A stretch of DNA of 64,000 nt from Micavibrio sp. (GCA_020718085.1 DYDB01000002.1:113161-177160); one strand, 5' to 3'; numbered from the stretch's first letter, positions 9,188 through 19,376 are shown. Program-made: numbers and translations. The notes: a model not told the origin generated them from the letters alone.

Positions 9188-9297
9188 ATATTTATCGGCA
9201 AGACGGTCGCAAAAAGGCAATCAACTCAGACGAGGGGATTGCTTTTTTATTTGTTCGATAAGCGTCCTATTAGTTGGGCATGCCAGATTCGAATTTT

Positions 9298-9804
9298 TTA
9301 AAGTGACAGCTTTTTTTCAATAGCAATTACTTCGTCTATTGGTTTTTCATGAAATTTGATATTGACGTTGTTTGGAAATTTGAGCACGAGTTCGGCGTTT
9401 ATTTTTCTGTCTTTATATATAAAGGAATGTGATGGATATCTTTGCATCATATCATATAGGGGGATATCCACGACAAATTCCGCATGCTCCAAACCTTTGC
9501 GATACACATTGTCTTTAGCTGGTGCAAGAATTTCGAAAAAACGAATTTGCATACCTTTATATTGTAGAGGTTCGTGAAGTTTCATGATTGCAACACGTCG
9601 ATCTCGGATGATCTTTTCTGAGAGCGCTTCTCCATATGTAAAAAGATCATTTTTCAATTTTTCATAATCTTCTGCGGATGTGGTTCTATATGCAATATGG
9701 TCCACATAAAAAGCGGACACGTCGATTTTTGTTTTGCGTAGATTTTCATGGACGATATCCAGAAATTTCTTATAATCGCCAATCATGTCTGAGATCGTAT
9801 TCAT
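9298..9804 (-). CDS. YecM-like VOC family protein
   Basis: DHIAYR, GLEHAEFV, IKFHEKPI motifs; ATG 9804 chosen because the longer start overlaps the tRNA fragment. Confidence 0.8.
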   Translation of the reverse strand: MNTISDMIGDYKKFLDIVHENLRKTKIDVSAFYVDHIAYRTTSAEDYEKLKNDLFTYGEALSEKIIRDRRVAIMKLHEPLQYKGMQIRFFEILAPAKDNVYRKGLEHAEFVVDIPLYDMMQRYPSHSFIYKDRKINAELVLKFPNNVNIKFHEKPIDEVIAIEKKLSL

Positions 9805-10147
9805 TTTTTTTGTAGATAGTGAAGTTGTGTTGTCCGGGCAGGGATCGAACCTGCGCATGTTCCGATTGTAATCGAGATGCTTTGCTTCGGCTATTAGAAA
9901 TCATGTTTTGAATATAGGCATGATTTTTTAAATTTTTGAGATATTTTTCTCTTCTTAGAGCCTCTGATCGACTATTAAAAATTTCCTGATAAATCAATCT
10001 TAGTGGTCGTCTGTGAGTAGTTGCTTTTACGTAACCGGCATTGTGTCTCTCAAGTCTGTTTTGTAGATTGTTTGTTTGACCAATATAAAATCTGGAGTCT
10101 TTTAGGCTTTCTAAAATATATACAAAATATTTTATAGATGTTTCCAT
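9770..10147 (-). CDS. small GIY-YIG nuclease (UPF0213/SLX1-like); C-terminus reads through the tRNA fragment
   Basis: YFVYILES...FYIGQT..L..RL..HN and EALRREKYLK motifs. Confidence 0.85.
   Translation of the reverse strand: METSIKYFVYILESLKDSRFYIGQTNNLQNRLERHNAGYVKATTHRRPLRLIYQEIFNSRSEALRREKYLKNLKNHAYIQNMISNSRSKASRLQSEHAQVRSLPGQHNFTIYKKNEYDLRHDWRL
9830..9893 (-). pseudogene. 3' part of a tRNA-Gln-like gene with palindromic anticodon arm
   Basis: Minus strand TCTCGATTACAATCGGAA-CATGC-GCAGG TTCGATC CCTGC-CCGGACA-A: intact T arm and acceptor 3' strand, degenerate D arm. Confidence 0.8.
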
Positions 10148-10153
10148 ACAAAG

Positions 10154-10225
10154 TTGGACCGGCAGGATTCGAACCTGCGCATGACGGGACCAAAACCCGT
10201 TGCCTTACCGCTTGGCTACGGTCCA
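10154..10225 (-). tRNA. tRNA-Gln(TTG)
   Basis: Cloverleaf: acceptor TGGACCG/CGGTCCA, anticodon arm ACGGG-TTTTGGT-CCCGT, T loop TTCGAAT; CCA not encoded. Confidence 0.95.
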
Positions 10226-10265
10226 ACCTTGTAGAGAAATTTTTAAACATCGTCATATCTTGTGT

Positions 10266-10313
10266 GCATGTCCCGATTGCAATCGGGATGCCTTACCGCT
10301 TGGCTACCGGACA
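10266..10313 (-). pseudogene. 5' part of a tRNA-Gln-like gene with palindromic anticodon arm
   Basis: TGTCCGG-TAGCCAAGCGGTAAGGCA-TCCCGATTGCAATCGGGA-CATGC; D arm identical to the neighbouring tRNA-Gln; no T arm follows. Confidence 0.8.
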
Positions 10314-10431
10314 CTGTGTAAATCACACGTATTTCTTACATTATACCATTTTGCATTTTTTTTCAAGTGTTTTGGCGTGAAGATGAAAAATAGAATTTTT
10401 TGGCTAAAATGGCAGCTAAAAATGGTTTGAT

Positions 10432-11976
10432 TTAACCTGTGATTGCGCCACCCATAAGCTGTTTGGCATAAGACAGAATTTCCGATGCATCATTTTTTTG
10501 TTCTACTGTGACAGAAATACGCATGGGCCTTTTGAAGTATTCATGTAATACAGATTCGATGATCGTACGGTGGTTGTTTTGCATGATGCGCTCTTGGTAA
10601 AACGTGCGGTCTGTGGTGATCGTGATGGAGTCATCCGTGATCTCACATAATGTGCAATGTACAAGAATTTGCGAAATAGGTCGATGTATTTTTTCAATAA
10701 GTGCGATACATGACTGCCACTGTTCGGAAGCCTGTGCGGGAATTTCTACAGATTCTTTCGGGAGTTGTTCCAATTTTGTTTGTTTTACAGCAGTTGATCG
10801 TGTTGATGATATGTTAGCCGTTTCTTCTTGCTCATTTTTTTTCTGCGGTTGTGAAGGCGTTGCGTTTTGTGTTGTGCTACGATTCAGGAGACAGATGTTC
10901 ACAGTTGCAATTTCGAGAGGGAGTTGGGGAATGGTACTACTTTTTGTCTTTTGCAATGCAGTCGTGCATTCTTCAATGATCGCGACAGCGGAAAAAGTAT
11001 CGCTGTCCTTCGCGATTTCCATAAGAGTGGTGATATCGTTTTTTGGTAACGAAATGAGCTTTTGAATTTCTGTAATGTCGATATTTTTTTGTAGTGTAAA
11101 AAAAAGTATATTTCGTGTTTTTTCGATCAAAGATCGAATGAATGTTTCAAGATTGTAGCCACTTTTTTGAACATCATTGATGATGGTAATTGCTGCCAAT
11201 GTGTCACGTTTTACCAATGCGTGGATCATATTGATAACATCTTGTGATGTGGTTGTGCCAAGAATGGTGGACACCTCTTCTGCTGTCACATTTTTATCTT
11301 CAAGCGCAAAAACTTGCGCAAGAAGACTCTCCGCATCACGCATGCCGCCATTTGCAGTGAGAGCAATCATCTCCAATGCGTCATCGGATATCTTAATCTT
11401 TTCAGCTTTGGAAATTGCACGCAGTTTGGTTGTAATATCTGCAATATTGAAACGTGCAAAATCAAATCGCTGGCAACGTGACAAGATCGTTTCGGGGACT
11501 TTGTGGATCTCTGTGGTTGCAAGAATAAAAATTACATGTGCTGGAGGCTCTTCCAGTGTTTTGAGAAGTGCATTAAAGGCGCTTGTGGAAAGCATGTGAA
11601 CTTCATCGATGATATAGATCTTGAAGCGAGCTTCACTTGGCGTTACGCCAATGGTTTCCTTGAGTGTGCGAATGCCTTCCACGCTTGTACTGGAAGCGGC
11701 ATCAATTTCAATGAGATCCATTGATGTGCCACTGCGCAATCTTTCAGCAACATCTTCACTGACAGGAACAAAATTTTTGCGCGGTGTGGTATTGATCGCA
11801 GTTGCAAAAAGACGTGCAATTGTTGTTTTTCCTGTGCCACGAGGTCCGGTAAAGATATATGCATGACTAATGCGATCGGATGTGAGTGCATTTTGCAAAG
11901 TGTGAACGATGTGTTCTTGTCCCAAAACATCCTTAAATTCCTTTGGACGATATGTGCGATACAGTGTTTTTGACAT
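10432..11976 (-). CDS. dnaX: DNA polymerase III subunit gamma/tau
   Basis: LYRTYRP, GPRGTGKTT, IIDEVHML, SRCQRF. Confidence 0.95.
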   Translation of the reverse strand: MSKTLYRTYRPKEFKDVLGQEHIVHTLQNALTSDRISHAYIFTGPRGTGKTTIARLFATAINTTPRKNFVPVSEDVAERLRSGTSMDLIEIDAASSTSVEGIRTLKETIGVTPSEARFKIYIIDEVHMLSTSAFNALLKTLEEPPAHVIFILATTEIHKVPETILSRCQRFDFARFNIADITTKLRAISKAEKIKISDDALEMIALTANGGMRDAESLLAQVFALEDKNVTAEEVSTILGTTTSQDVINMIHALVKRDTLAAITIINDVQKSGYNLETFIRSLIEKTRNILFFTLQKNIDITEIQKLISLPKNDITTLMEIAKDSDTFSAVAIIEECTTALQKTKSSTIPQLPLEIATVNICLLNRSTTQNATPSQPQKKNEQEETANISSTRSTAVKQTKLEQLPKESVEIPAQASEQWQSCIALIEKIHRPISQILVHCTLCEITDDSITITTDRTFYQERIMQNNHRTIIESVLHEYFKRPMRISVTVEQKNDASEILSYAKQLMGGAITG

Positions 11977-12064
11977 AATACAGAGACCAGTTTTAGGGAT
12001 TATAACAATTTCGATATGATCATTATATCATATATCGATCAAAGAACGCAGTATATTTTTATGA

Positions 12065-12697
12065 TCATTTTTTGAATACAAAGATCTTGTAACCAATAAA
12101 ATTCCATACAAGTGATGCAAGTGTTGCAGTTGCTGCTGCAATATTGGCAAGTTGCGCATCGCTTAGAGTGTTTGTGGCGTGAAAAGTGAAAACAATCAAT
12201 GATGCAAGTCCCACATTGATCAAAAATCCACTTGTACTTACTGCAATGAATTTAAATACTTCTTGTGAAGTGGATTTTTCTGTTGCGTTGAATGTCCAAT
12301 ATTTATTCCAAAAGTACGCACCGGTTGCAGCTACGACAAAGGAAATGCTTTTGAACAAAGAAAATCCGAGACCACCGGCAATGCCTGTGATAAGAATGAG
12401 AAGATTTAAGACGCCCCAATCAAGAAATGTGTTAAATGCGCCAACTGCACCAAATTTTGCCAATTGAAAGATCACGGGAATTTTTTTGCCCACAAACCAC
12501 GCACATGCCAAAGAAACATTGGCAAGAATCGTAAAAAAAATGACGAGGGCAATAACGAAAGGAATGGATATTTTGATGAAAGGCAGACCAAGATTTGTCA
12601 TGATTGGCAGGGAAAACAGAGCAAAACAAATACCAATGAGAGAAACTAAATAAAAATCTCTGCGCGTAATTAGTGGCGCCCCCATAACGTTTTTCAT
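12065..12697 (-). CDS. GtrA family membrane protein
   Basis: KFGAVGAFNT, YFWNKYWTF, WNFIGYKIFVF. Confidence 0.85.
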   Translation of the reverse strand: MKNVMGAPLITRRDFYLVSLIGICFALFSLPIMTNLGLPFIKISIPFVIALVIFFTILANVSLACAWFVGKKIPVIFQLAKFGAVGAFNTFLDWGVLNLLILITGIAGGLGFSLFKSISFVVAATGAYFWNKYWTFNATEKSTSQEVFKFIAVSTSGFLINVGLASLIVFTFHATNTLSDAQLANIAAATATLASLVWNFIGYKIFVFKK

Positions 12698-12710
12698 AAG
12701 TATTTTTGGA

Positions 12711-13454
12711 TTATTGAGATTGATTCATTTCTGCACGAATTTCTTTTTCAATTTCATCGATATCCGGAACCCATTCATCAATAATATCACTGCCAGAATC
12801 AAGTGTAGAATCGGTACTGCCTGTGAGAATTTCAGTTGCAGTTTTTGGTTTTGCATCAACCGGTTGTGTGAACTGAGGCATGGTATTTATTGCCGGTGCA
12901 GCACTTGGATTGCCTGTGTGTTGTAAGACAGCCTCGATGGATGCCCATTGCGCATTCGGTTCCTGCGACGTAACAATAGCCACTTCGTCTCCAGGTTCTG
13001 CGTTGAAATATGTAATTGATGCAAGAAGAATCTTGTATGGTCTACCGTCAGCAGCTACAAAATAATTGCCACTGGAATCTTGTCCGACAATGCCGATCTT
13101 ATTTTGTCGTGGAACAGGACCAATTTGTTTATAGATAAACGTACCATCTTGCACAATGGTCAACTTCAAAAAGTCGCCTTCCACAAGCTTGGATTTTGAG
13201 GCATAATTCGCCGGGACGGGGTACTGTTTACCGTTTGTGCCGATCATGATTTGTCCATCAAACGTGCCCTGTACGATATTTCCGTCACCCTCTTCCGCTT
13301 TTTTGTGACGTCCTACCTTCTTTTTCCCTTCAATTTGAAGAAGCATCGCCTTGGCGCTCTGGATCGTTTGTTCTGCGCTATTGATCATCTCGCGCAGAGA
13401 TTGGATTTTTTGCGTCTTTTCCTCTTCGGAAAGAGCATGTGTAATATCAGTCAT
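12711..13454 (-). CDS. conserved hypothetical protein
   Basis: GTFDGQ..IG..GK.YPVPANYASKSKLVEGD block recalled from CPR genomes; function unknown. Confidence 0.75.
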   Translation of the reverse strand: MTDITHALSEEEKTQKIQSLREMINSAEQTIQSAKAMLLQIEGKKKVGRHKKAEEGDGNIVQGTFDGQIMIGTNGKQYPVPANYASKSKLVEGDFLKLTIVQDGTFIYKQIGPVPRQNKIGIVGQDSSGNYFVAADGRPYKILLASITYFNAEPGDEVAIVTSQEPNAQWASIEAVLQHTGNPSAAPAINTMPQFTQPVDAKPKTATEILTGSTDSTLDSGSDIIDEWVPDIDEIEKEIRAEMNQSQ

Positions 13455-13657
13455 ATATTTGTGTCTTCATTTGTTTTTATTTTACATTGCAATTATACAG
13501 TATATTGTGCAATGTAGCAAATGATTTCATGTCTTAATACGCTCATTTCAATTAAATTATTTCAAGAGCCTTTCTTTTCTAGCGCAAATCATGTATATTG
13601 TCAAGATAAATGAGTAAAAAAATCCATAAAGCCGAAAGTTTATAAAGTAGAGAAATT

Positions 13658-14854
13658 ATGAATCATTTTTATATTAAGACATTTGGTTGTCAGCAAAATG
13701 TTGCTGATTCAGAACGTGTGAGAAGGTATTATGAGGCTCGGGGATATGTATATGCAACGCAAGAGTGTAATGCTGATGTTGTGGTGATCAATACATGTAT
13801 GATCCGTGGAATGGCTGAGGAAAAGGTATACGGCTATATTCGCAATTTACAAAAAAAAGATCAAAAAGAAGGGAAAAAACGTCGTATTATTCTTACGGGG
13901 TGCATTGTTGGTGCTGCAGCTCGGGAACCAAGCGGAGTCATGAAAAAGAAAATCGCAAAAAGAATTCCCGACGTAGAGCTCATGCCAATTGAGGATGTGG
14001 GCTTTGAGATCGAGCCACATCGTGTTGACGTAAAACATGCATGGGTCACTATTTCCAACGGATGTAATAATTTTTGCGCTTTTTGCATTGTTCCTTTTGC
14101 GCGTGGAAAAGAGATATCGCGTGATTTTGCGCAAATTGTCACAGAAGTTGAAGATTTGGCGCAAAAAGGGTATACATCAATTACACTTCTGGGACAAAAT
14201 GTGAACTCATATGGTGCTGATATTGTCCTTGCACAAAAAGGAGATGACCAAAAGAAATATGTCTTGCCAGATGGTACGGAAGTTCAGCCTGTGATGGTAA
14301 ATCATTTAGGGCGCACACGCATTCCAACACTTTTTCCACATCTTCTTGATGCAGTTGCACAAATTTCTGGTATTGAGACAATTACCTTTACAAGCTCCAA
14401 TCCATGGGATTTCTCGGATGAACTGATCTCGGTGATCGCACGACATGAAAATATCGATCGACTTTTACATTTGCCTGTACAGGCGGGAAGTGATGTAATT
14501 ATTAAAAAAATGAATCGGTGGTACACGGCGGATGATTTTATTGCACTTACTGATCGCATCAAGGCAAAGGTTCCACACGTGACATTCGCAACGGATATTA
14601 TTGTGGGATTTCCTGGGGAAACGGAGGAGGATTTTCAAAAAACAATAGAGCTTTCGCAGCGCGTGGGATTTGTAAAAGCATTCATAGGATGCTACTCGGA
14701 ACGCCCTGGAACGACTGCGTCACGTGACATGCCGGACGAGATCACATGGGAAGAGAAAAAAAGGCGTTGGCATATTATCAATGAGCTTATCAACAAAAAA
14801 AATATGGGTGTAACGTACGATAAAGACTGGGTGCGTACACATAAAAAGAAATGA
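13658..14854 (+). CDS. MiaB/RimO-family radical SAM methylthiotransferase, no TRAM domain
   Basis: TFGCQQN, INTC, GCNNFCAFC (CxxxCxxC), DIIVGFPGETEEDF. Confidence 0.9.
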   Translation: MNHFYIKTFGCQQNVADSERVRRYYEARGYVYATQECNADVVVINTCMIRGMAEEKVYGYIRNLQKKDQKEGKKRRIILTGCIVGAAAREPSGVMKKKIAKRIPDVELMPIEDVGFEIEPHRVDVKHAWVTISNGCNNFCAFCIVPFARGKEISRDFAQIVTEVEDLAQKGYTSITLLGQNVNSYGADIVLAQKGDDQKKYVLPDGTEVQPVMVNHLGRTRIPTLFPHLLDAVAQISGIETITFTSSNPWDFSDELISVIARHENIDRLLHLPVQAGSDVIIKKMNRWYTADDFIALTDRIKAKVPHVTFATDIIVGFPGETEEDFQKTIELSQRVGFVKAFIGCYSERPGTTASRDMPDEITWEEKKRRWHIINELINKKNMGVTYDKDWVRTHKKK

Positions 14855-14960
14855 TCCATCCTGCGTATTTTTTTGTTTTAATAGAGTGTGCTACAATTTG
14901 TATTAAGTTAAGAAATCTTGTTTATGAGATTTCATATTTTAATAGAAATAAAAATAAAAT

Positions 14961-17900
14961 ATGATATATAAAAAAATCATCGCGTGTATAGTAACGAGCG
15001 TACTCGTGAGTTCTTCTGTGTATGCGCAGGAATCGTTTACTTTTGATCCTGGGGAACTATCTCGAAGTAATGTGCAAAATATCAACATGACGCATAAAGA
15101 CACTTTGCCGCGATATGTTGAAGGGGAGATTCTGGTGAAATTCAAAGAGGATAAAATAAATCTTGCCAAGGGTGAAGGTGGTGCAAAAAAGGCAATGGTA
15201 ACCCTATTTCGAAACGTTGATGAGAAGGAGGTTTTCAAAGATTCAAATATTGTTGTCTATAATATTCAGGGAGATAAAAGTGTGGAAGATGCCATAAAAG
15301 AATTTGAAGAAGATTCTTCGGTGGAGTATGCACAACCAAACTATTTATACAAATTACAAAGTGTATCTACGAGTTATGCGGATTTTGCCAAACAATGGGC
15401 AATGAACAACACGGGACAAATGACTGGTGGAGTGAGTGGAACTGCAGATGCGGACATTGACGCGGTGGAAGCGTGGACCATTACTGATGATACGAACACT
15501 GGTGTGATCGTAGCCGTGATCGATTCTGGCGTTTCTTATTTCCATCCGGATCTTGCTGCAAATATGTGGGTTGGAAGCACCTGTCTTGATCCAAACGGAC
15601 AAACGATTGTTGGTGGATGCATGTATGGCTATGATACATTTGCCGATGATATTGATCCTCGTCCAGACACGGTCTCAGGATCAATTCATGGAACGCATGT
15701 TGCTGGTATCATTGCAGCGGCAGATAACACTATGGGTGTTATAGGTGTGGATCCGCATGCAAGAATCATGGCAATAAAATCTGCCGGTCTCATAGGAAGT
15801 GAATATGGATCAAGAACATCCGATGTAATTGAGGCTATAAATTTTGCACGTCACAATAATGCGGATATTATCAATATGAGCTTGGGAAGCAATGAAAATG
15901 ATCTTGCATTGGCCGCAGCCATCGAAGCATTTCCAGGTTTAGCGGTTGTTGCAGCCGGTAATGATGGCACGGATAATGATATTACGCCAATGTATCCTGC
16001 TTCAAACACGAATGAAAATATTGTGAGTGTTGCTGCTACAGATCAGAATGATGCCTTGGCTGATTTTTCAAATTACGGTGTGACTTCGGTGGATGTGGGG
16101 GCGCCAGGTGTGAATATTTACAGTACTACAAGTGATAGTGTGGCATATTCGGAGGATGTACAGACGGTTGTGCCGCCAAGTGTTCCATTAAATTTTGTGC
16201 GTGATGGAAATTTTGGCACCCGTAATGCTGGTTCTGGGAACAATGTTTTTATAGGTGACACTAACCAGTTGCCATATGCGACAAATCATACGTCCCACTT
16301 GTTTTCCCCGACAATTGATCTTAGTTCGTATGGATCTGATGATCTGGTATATATGGATTTTTTGGTCTATTGTGATACAGAATATAGTGAGACAGAGCTT
16401 AAGGATTATATGGTTTTAGGATTCAGTTCTGATGGTAGTAATTTCAGTACTGCTTTAATGGATACTGATTATAGCGGAACTGGTGATGCTGCAGTGGTTT
16501 TTGACGAATATGTAGCAGGAGCGTTGGCGAGTGGTTCTGGAGAAAAACTCAGTGGGGGCTATTGGGCTCACGTTGCATCTTTATATCCAATCTCACCTAC
16601 CTATAGGACAAGTGATTTTCGTTTTCAATTTATGTGGAAGACGAATGATGTGAACAATAATCATGAAGGATGCTATGTGGATGATATCGTCATACATGGA
16701 TCAAATTCAGAAATTGGCAATGCGTATGCTTTTGAGCAAGGAACATCCATGGCGGCTCCGCACGTAGCTGGTCTTGCAGCGTTGTTGCTAGATTTTGATC
16801 CATCATTAAGCACTGCAGAATTGAAAGCTCTCATTCTAAATTCAGGAGACCCCATATCTTCCCTTGCAGGTAAAACGGTGACAGGTAAGCGTATCAATGC
16901 TTTTAATGCAGTGAATGAACTTTCTGTGGCAATGCATCATTTTAATGTGACCGGTAGCAATACGCAACAAGCGGGTGCATCTCAAAATGTGACAATCACA
17001 GCGACCGATTCCCATGGAAATGTAAATGCGGATTATCAAGGAGATCACGCCATTACGCTTTCCGGTGCCGGAGCGGCGCCAGATAGTACTGTGCCAACAT
17101 GTAAAGATAAAAATAACGCAAACATTGCATTTGGCACACCAACAACATTAACATTCACAAATGGTGTTGCAACGTGTGCAATGACATTGTACAAAAAAGA
17201 AAGTGTGCAAGTCGATGTATCTGATGGCACGTACAATTCTGCGGGTGCAACGACGTATGACTTGGATGTTGCTGTATCGGCTGCGGAAGTAAGTAGTGCA
17301 AAGACGGCATTGTCTGTAACACCGGATCCAACATACAAAAATCACGATACAACATTGACGGTTACAGCTAAGGATGTGTATTTGAACCAACTTTCCGGAG
17401 GCGGTGATACGGTCATAATTGAAGTAACTGGTGCAAATACTGCAACTCCGTCGGTAACTGATAAAAATGATGGTACATATACGGCGATTTATGCACCGAC
17501 CAATATCGGCACAGATTTGATCACGGCAAAGATCAATGGTGAAAATGTGGAAATAGATAAAGATGGAGAACCGGATGGAATATATAATCTGGAAGTTTTG
17601 GAGGAGCAAGAAGTTGATGATGATGAGCCTATAAATGAACTTGAAATAGAAAAGCCAGCGATGGATTTTTCAGGTAAATTGAAAAACCTTGTCTTGTCAA
17701 AAAATAAAACAGCATATATTCCCCGGGATAAAGTAAAATTCAAAGGAAATGTGCAGGAACTTGCGGGAGGTACGGTTGAAATAAAAACCAAAAGTGAGAA
17801 AAAGACCAATAAGAAAAAAACAGATATTGATGATAGCGGCAAATGGAATAAGGAAATAGAATTTGATAAGGATGGAACATGGAATGTCAAGTTCACATTC

Positions 17901-18245
17901 TTTGATAAAAATGGTGAAAAGATCGATACTATTGGATCTTATAATATAAAAGTTGACACAGAGGATCCGTTATTTACAGATTTGCCAGATCGCTTAAATA
18001 AGAAGAAAGGATCAACAGTGTGGTTTGAAGCGCAAGACAGTGAAAGATTCAAAAAATTTAAAGTTTATCTTGATGGACAAACACAAACAATCTATCCTGA
18101 ATCAAAAGTGAAAGACAATGAAGTTGTAAAGGGTCTATTCATGTTACCGCAAGACATTACAGCTGGTAAGCATGTTATGGATGTAAAAGCTTACGATAAG
18201 GCAGGTAATTCGGTAAAAAAATCCGTACTGATCAATATCTGGTAA
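14961..18245 (+). CDS. secreted S8 subtilisin-like protease with C-terminal Ig-like domains
   Basis: VAVIDSG, HGTHVAG, GTSMAAPHVAG triad motifs; signal peptide; DGTYTA and AYDKAGN Ig-type motifs. Confidence 0.9.
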   Translation: MIYKKIIACIVTSVLVSSSVYAQESFTFDPGELSRSNVQNINMTHKDTLPRYVEGEILVKFKEDKINLAKGEGGAKKAMVTLFRNVDEKEVFKDSNIVVYNIQGDKSVEDAIKEFEEDSSVEYAQPNYLYKLQSVSTSYADFAKQWAMNNTGQMTGGVSGTADADIDAVEAWTITDDTNTGVIVAVIDSGVSYFHPDLAANMWVGSTCLDPNGQTIVGGCMYGYDTFADDIDPRPDTVSGSIHGTHVAGIIAAADNTMGVIGVDPHARIMAIKSAGLIGSEYGSRTSDVIEAINFARHNNADIINMSLGSNENDLALAAAIEAFPGLAVVAAGNDGTDNDITPMYPASNTNENIVSVAATDQNDALADFSNYGVTSVDVGAPGVNIYSTTSDSVAYSEDVQTVVPPSVPLNFVRDGNFGTRNAGSGNNVFIGDTNQLPYATNHTSHLFSPTIDLSSYGSDDLVYMDFLVYCDTEYSETELKDYMVLGFSSDGSNFSTALMDTDYSGTGDAAVVFDEYVAGALASGSGEKLSGGYWAHVASLYPISPTYRTSDFRFQFMWKTNDVNNNHEGCYVDDIVIHGSNSEIGNAYAFEQGTSMAAPHVAGLAALLLDFDPSLSTAELKALILNSGDPISSLAGKTVTGKRINAFNAVNELSVAMHHFNVTGSNTQQAGASQNVTITATDSHGNVNADYQGDHAITLSGAGAAPDSTVPTCKDKNNANIAFGTPTTLTFTNGVATCAMTLYKKESVQVDVSDGTYNSAGATTYDLDVAVSAAEVSSAKTALSVTPDPTYKNHDTTLTVTAKDVYLNQLSGGGDTVIIEVTGANTATPSVTDKNDGTYTAIYAPTNIGTDLITAKINGENVEIDKDGEPDGIYNLEVLEEQEVDDDEPINELEIEKPAMDFSGKLKNLVLSKNKTAYIPRDKVKFKGNVQELAGGTVEIKTKSEKKTNKKKTDIDDSGKWNKEIEFDKDGTWNVKFTFFDKNGEKIDTIGSYNIKVDTEDPLFTDLPDRLNKKKGSTVWFEAQDSERFKKFKVYLDGQTQTIYPESKVKDNEVVKGLFMLPQDITAGKHVMDVKAYDKAGNSVKKSVLINIW

Positions 18246-18267
18246 AAAATAGAAGAAATATACAAAA

Positions 18268-18300
18268 AATGAAGCCCGCTCAGTTAGAGAGGGCTTCATT
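18268..18300 (+). terminator. terminator-like hairpin
   Basis: AATGAAGCCC...GGGCTTCATT after the S8 gene. Confidence 0.6.
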
Positions 18301-18373
18301 GTATATGAAATACAATGGTCGCATGTTCTTGTAATGATCTTACAATAGAAAAAGTATGGTATACTTTTTCTAT

Positions 18374-18916
18374 ATGAATGAAAAAAATGTATTACAACCG
18401 TTTTCTCGTGATGTTGTGTTTTTTGATGCAGAATTTTCTGGACATGACATCATCCATGATCAGCTAATGTCTGTGGGTATGGTGTCTTTAGATGGAAGTC
18501 GGGAGATGTATTTTGAACTTGCGTATGATAAAGAACATGTAAGCGAATGGGTTCGAGAGCATGTTGAACCATATCTTACCGGGGAGAAGATCTCTCATGA
18601 AGAGGCACGCATACGCATCCATCGGTTTTGCGGTGCTCATGAACCACATTTGGTAGCAACGGTCAATCATTATGATATGGCTTTCTGGCATAAACTTTTT
18701 GGCATAGAGAAAGAGCCAATTCATTCGATCCCAATCGATTTTGCGTCAATGCTCTTTGCCGTTGGCTTGACACCGGCACGGGAAATTGAGGGAGAAAAAA
18801 GGAAATTTTATGCGCAATTTGGCATTGATCTGGATGCATATCAAATGCATAATGCACTTGATGATGCGCACCTTATGCGCGATCTTTATGTGCGATTGGC
18901 TGGTTATGAAAACTAA
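18374..18916 (+). CDS. DEDDh 3'-5' exoribonuclease-like protein
   Basis: FFDAEF and HNALDDA motifs. Confidence 0.8.
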   Translation: MNEKNVLQPFSRDVVFFDAEFSGHDIIHDQLMSVGMVSLDGSREMYFELAYDKEHVSEWVREHVEPYLTGEKISHEEARIRIHRFCGAHEPHLVATVNHYDMAFWHKLFGIEKEPIHSIPIDFASMLFAVGLTPAREIEGEKRKFYAQFGIDLDAYQMHNALDDAHLMRDLYVRLAGYEN

Positions 18917-18981
18917 TGTATCATAAAGACAAGTTCTATTTTTATATACTCTGAACTTTATAAATTTATAATCTAAATTAT

Positions 18982-19362
18982 ATGACAGAACGTGAACAAG
19001 TCTATCGATGTGCAATTTGTGGCAATATTGTGGAAGTTAAACATGCTGGTGCCGGGGAATTGGTATGCTGCGGACAACCGATGAATTTACTTGTTGCAAA
19101 CGTGGAAGACGCTGCAACAGAAAAACATGTACCGGTTATAGAGCGTACGGATGATGGTATTGTTGTGAATATTGGTGCAGTTGATCACCCAATGGACGCA
19201 GATCATTATATTGAATGGATTTCACTTGATATAGAAAATAAAACGTACACAGTATATCTCGCGCCGGGAGATGCACCTCGTGCGATCTTTGACTCTACTG
19301 CAGAAAATGTAATTGCATATGCATATTGTAACTTGCATGGATTGTGGAAAGCGGAGGCATAA
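18982..19362 (+). CDS. dfx: desulfoferrodoxin (superoxide reductase)
   Basis: CAICGN, LVCCGQPM, EKHVP, HPM, CNLHGLW. Confidence 0.95.
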   Translation: MTEREQVYRCAICGNIVEVKHAGAGELVCCGQPMNLLVANVEDAATEKHVPVIERTDDGIVVNIGAVDHPMDADHYIEWISLDIENKTYTVYLAPGDAPRAIFDSTAENVIAYAYCNLHGLWKAEA

Positions 19363-19376
19363 AATTCACCTTTTTG

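Noticed and set aside
9894..10265. Group I intron within a tRNA
   Set aside because: The insert is almost fully taken up by a tRNA and an ORF, leaving no room for a catalytic core
13658..14854. Missing TRAM domain as a sign of pseudogenisation
   Set aside because: Both cysteine motifs are intact and the ORF ends cleanly; treated as a natural short form
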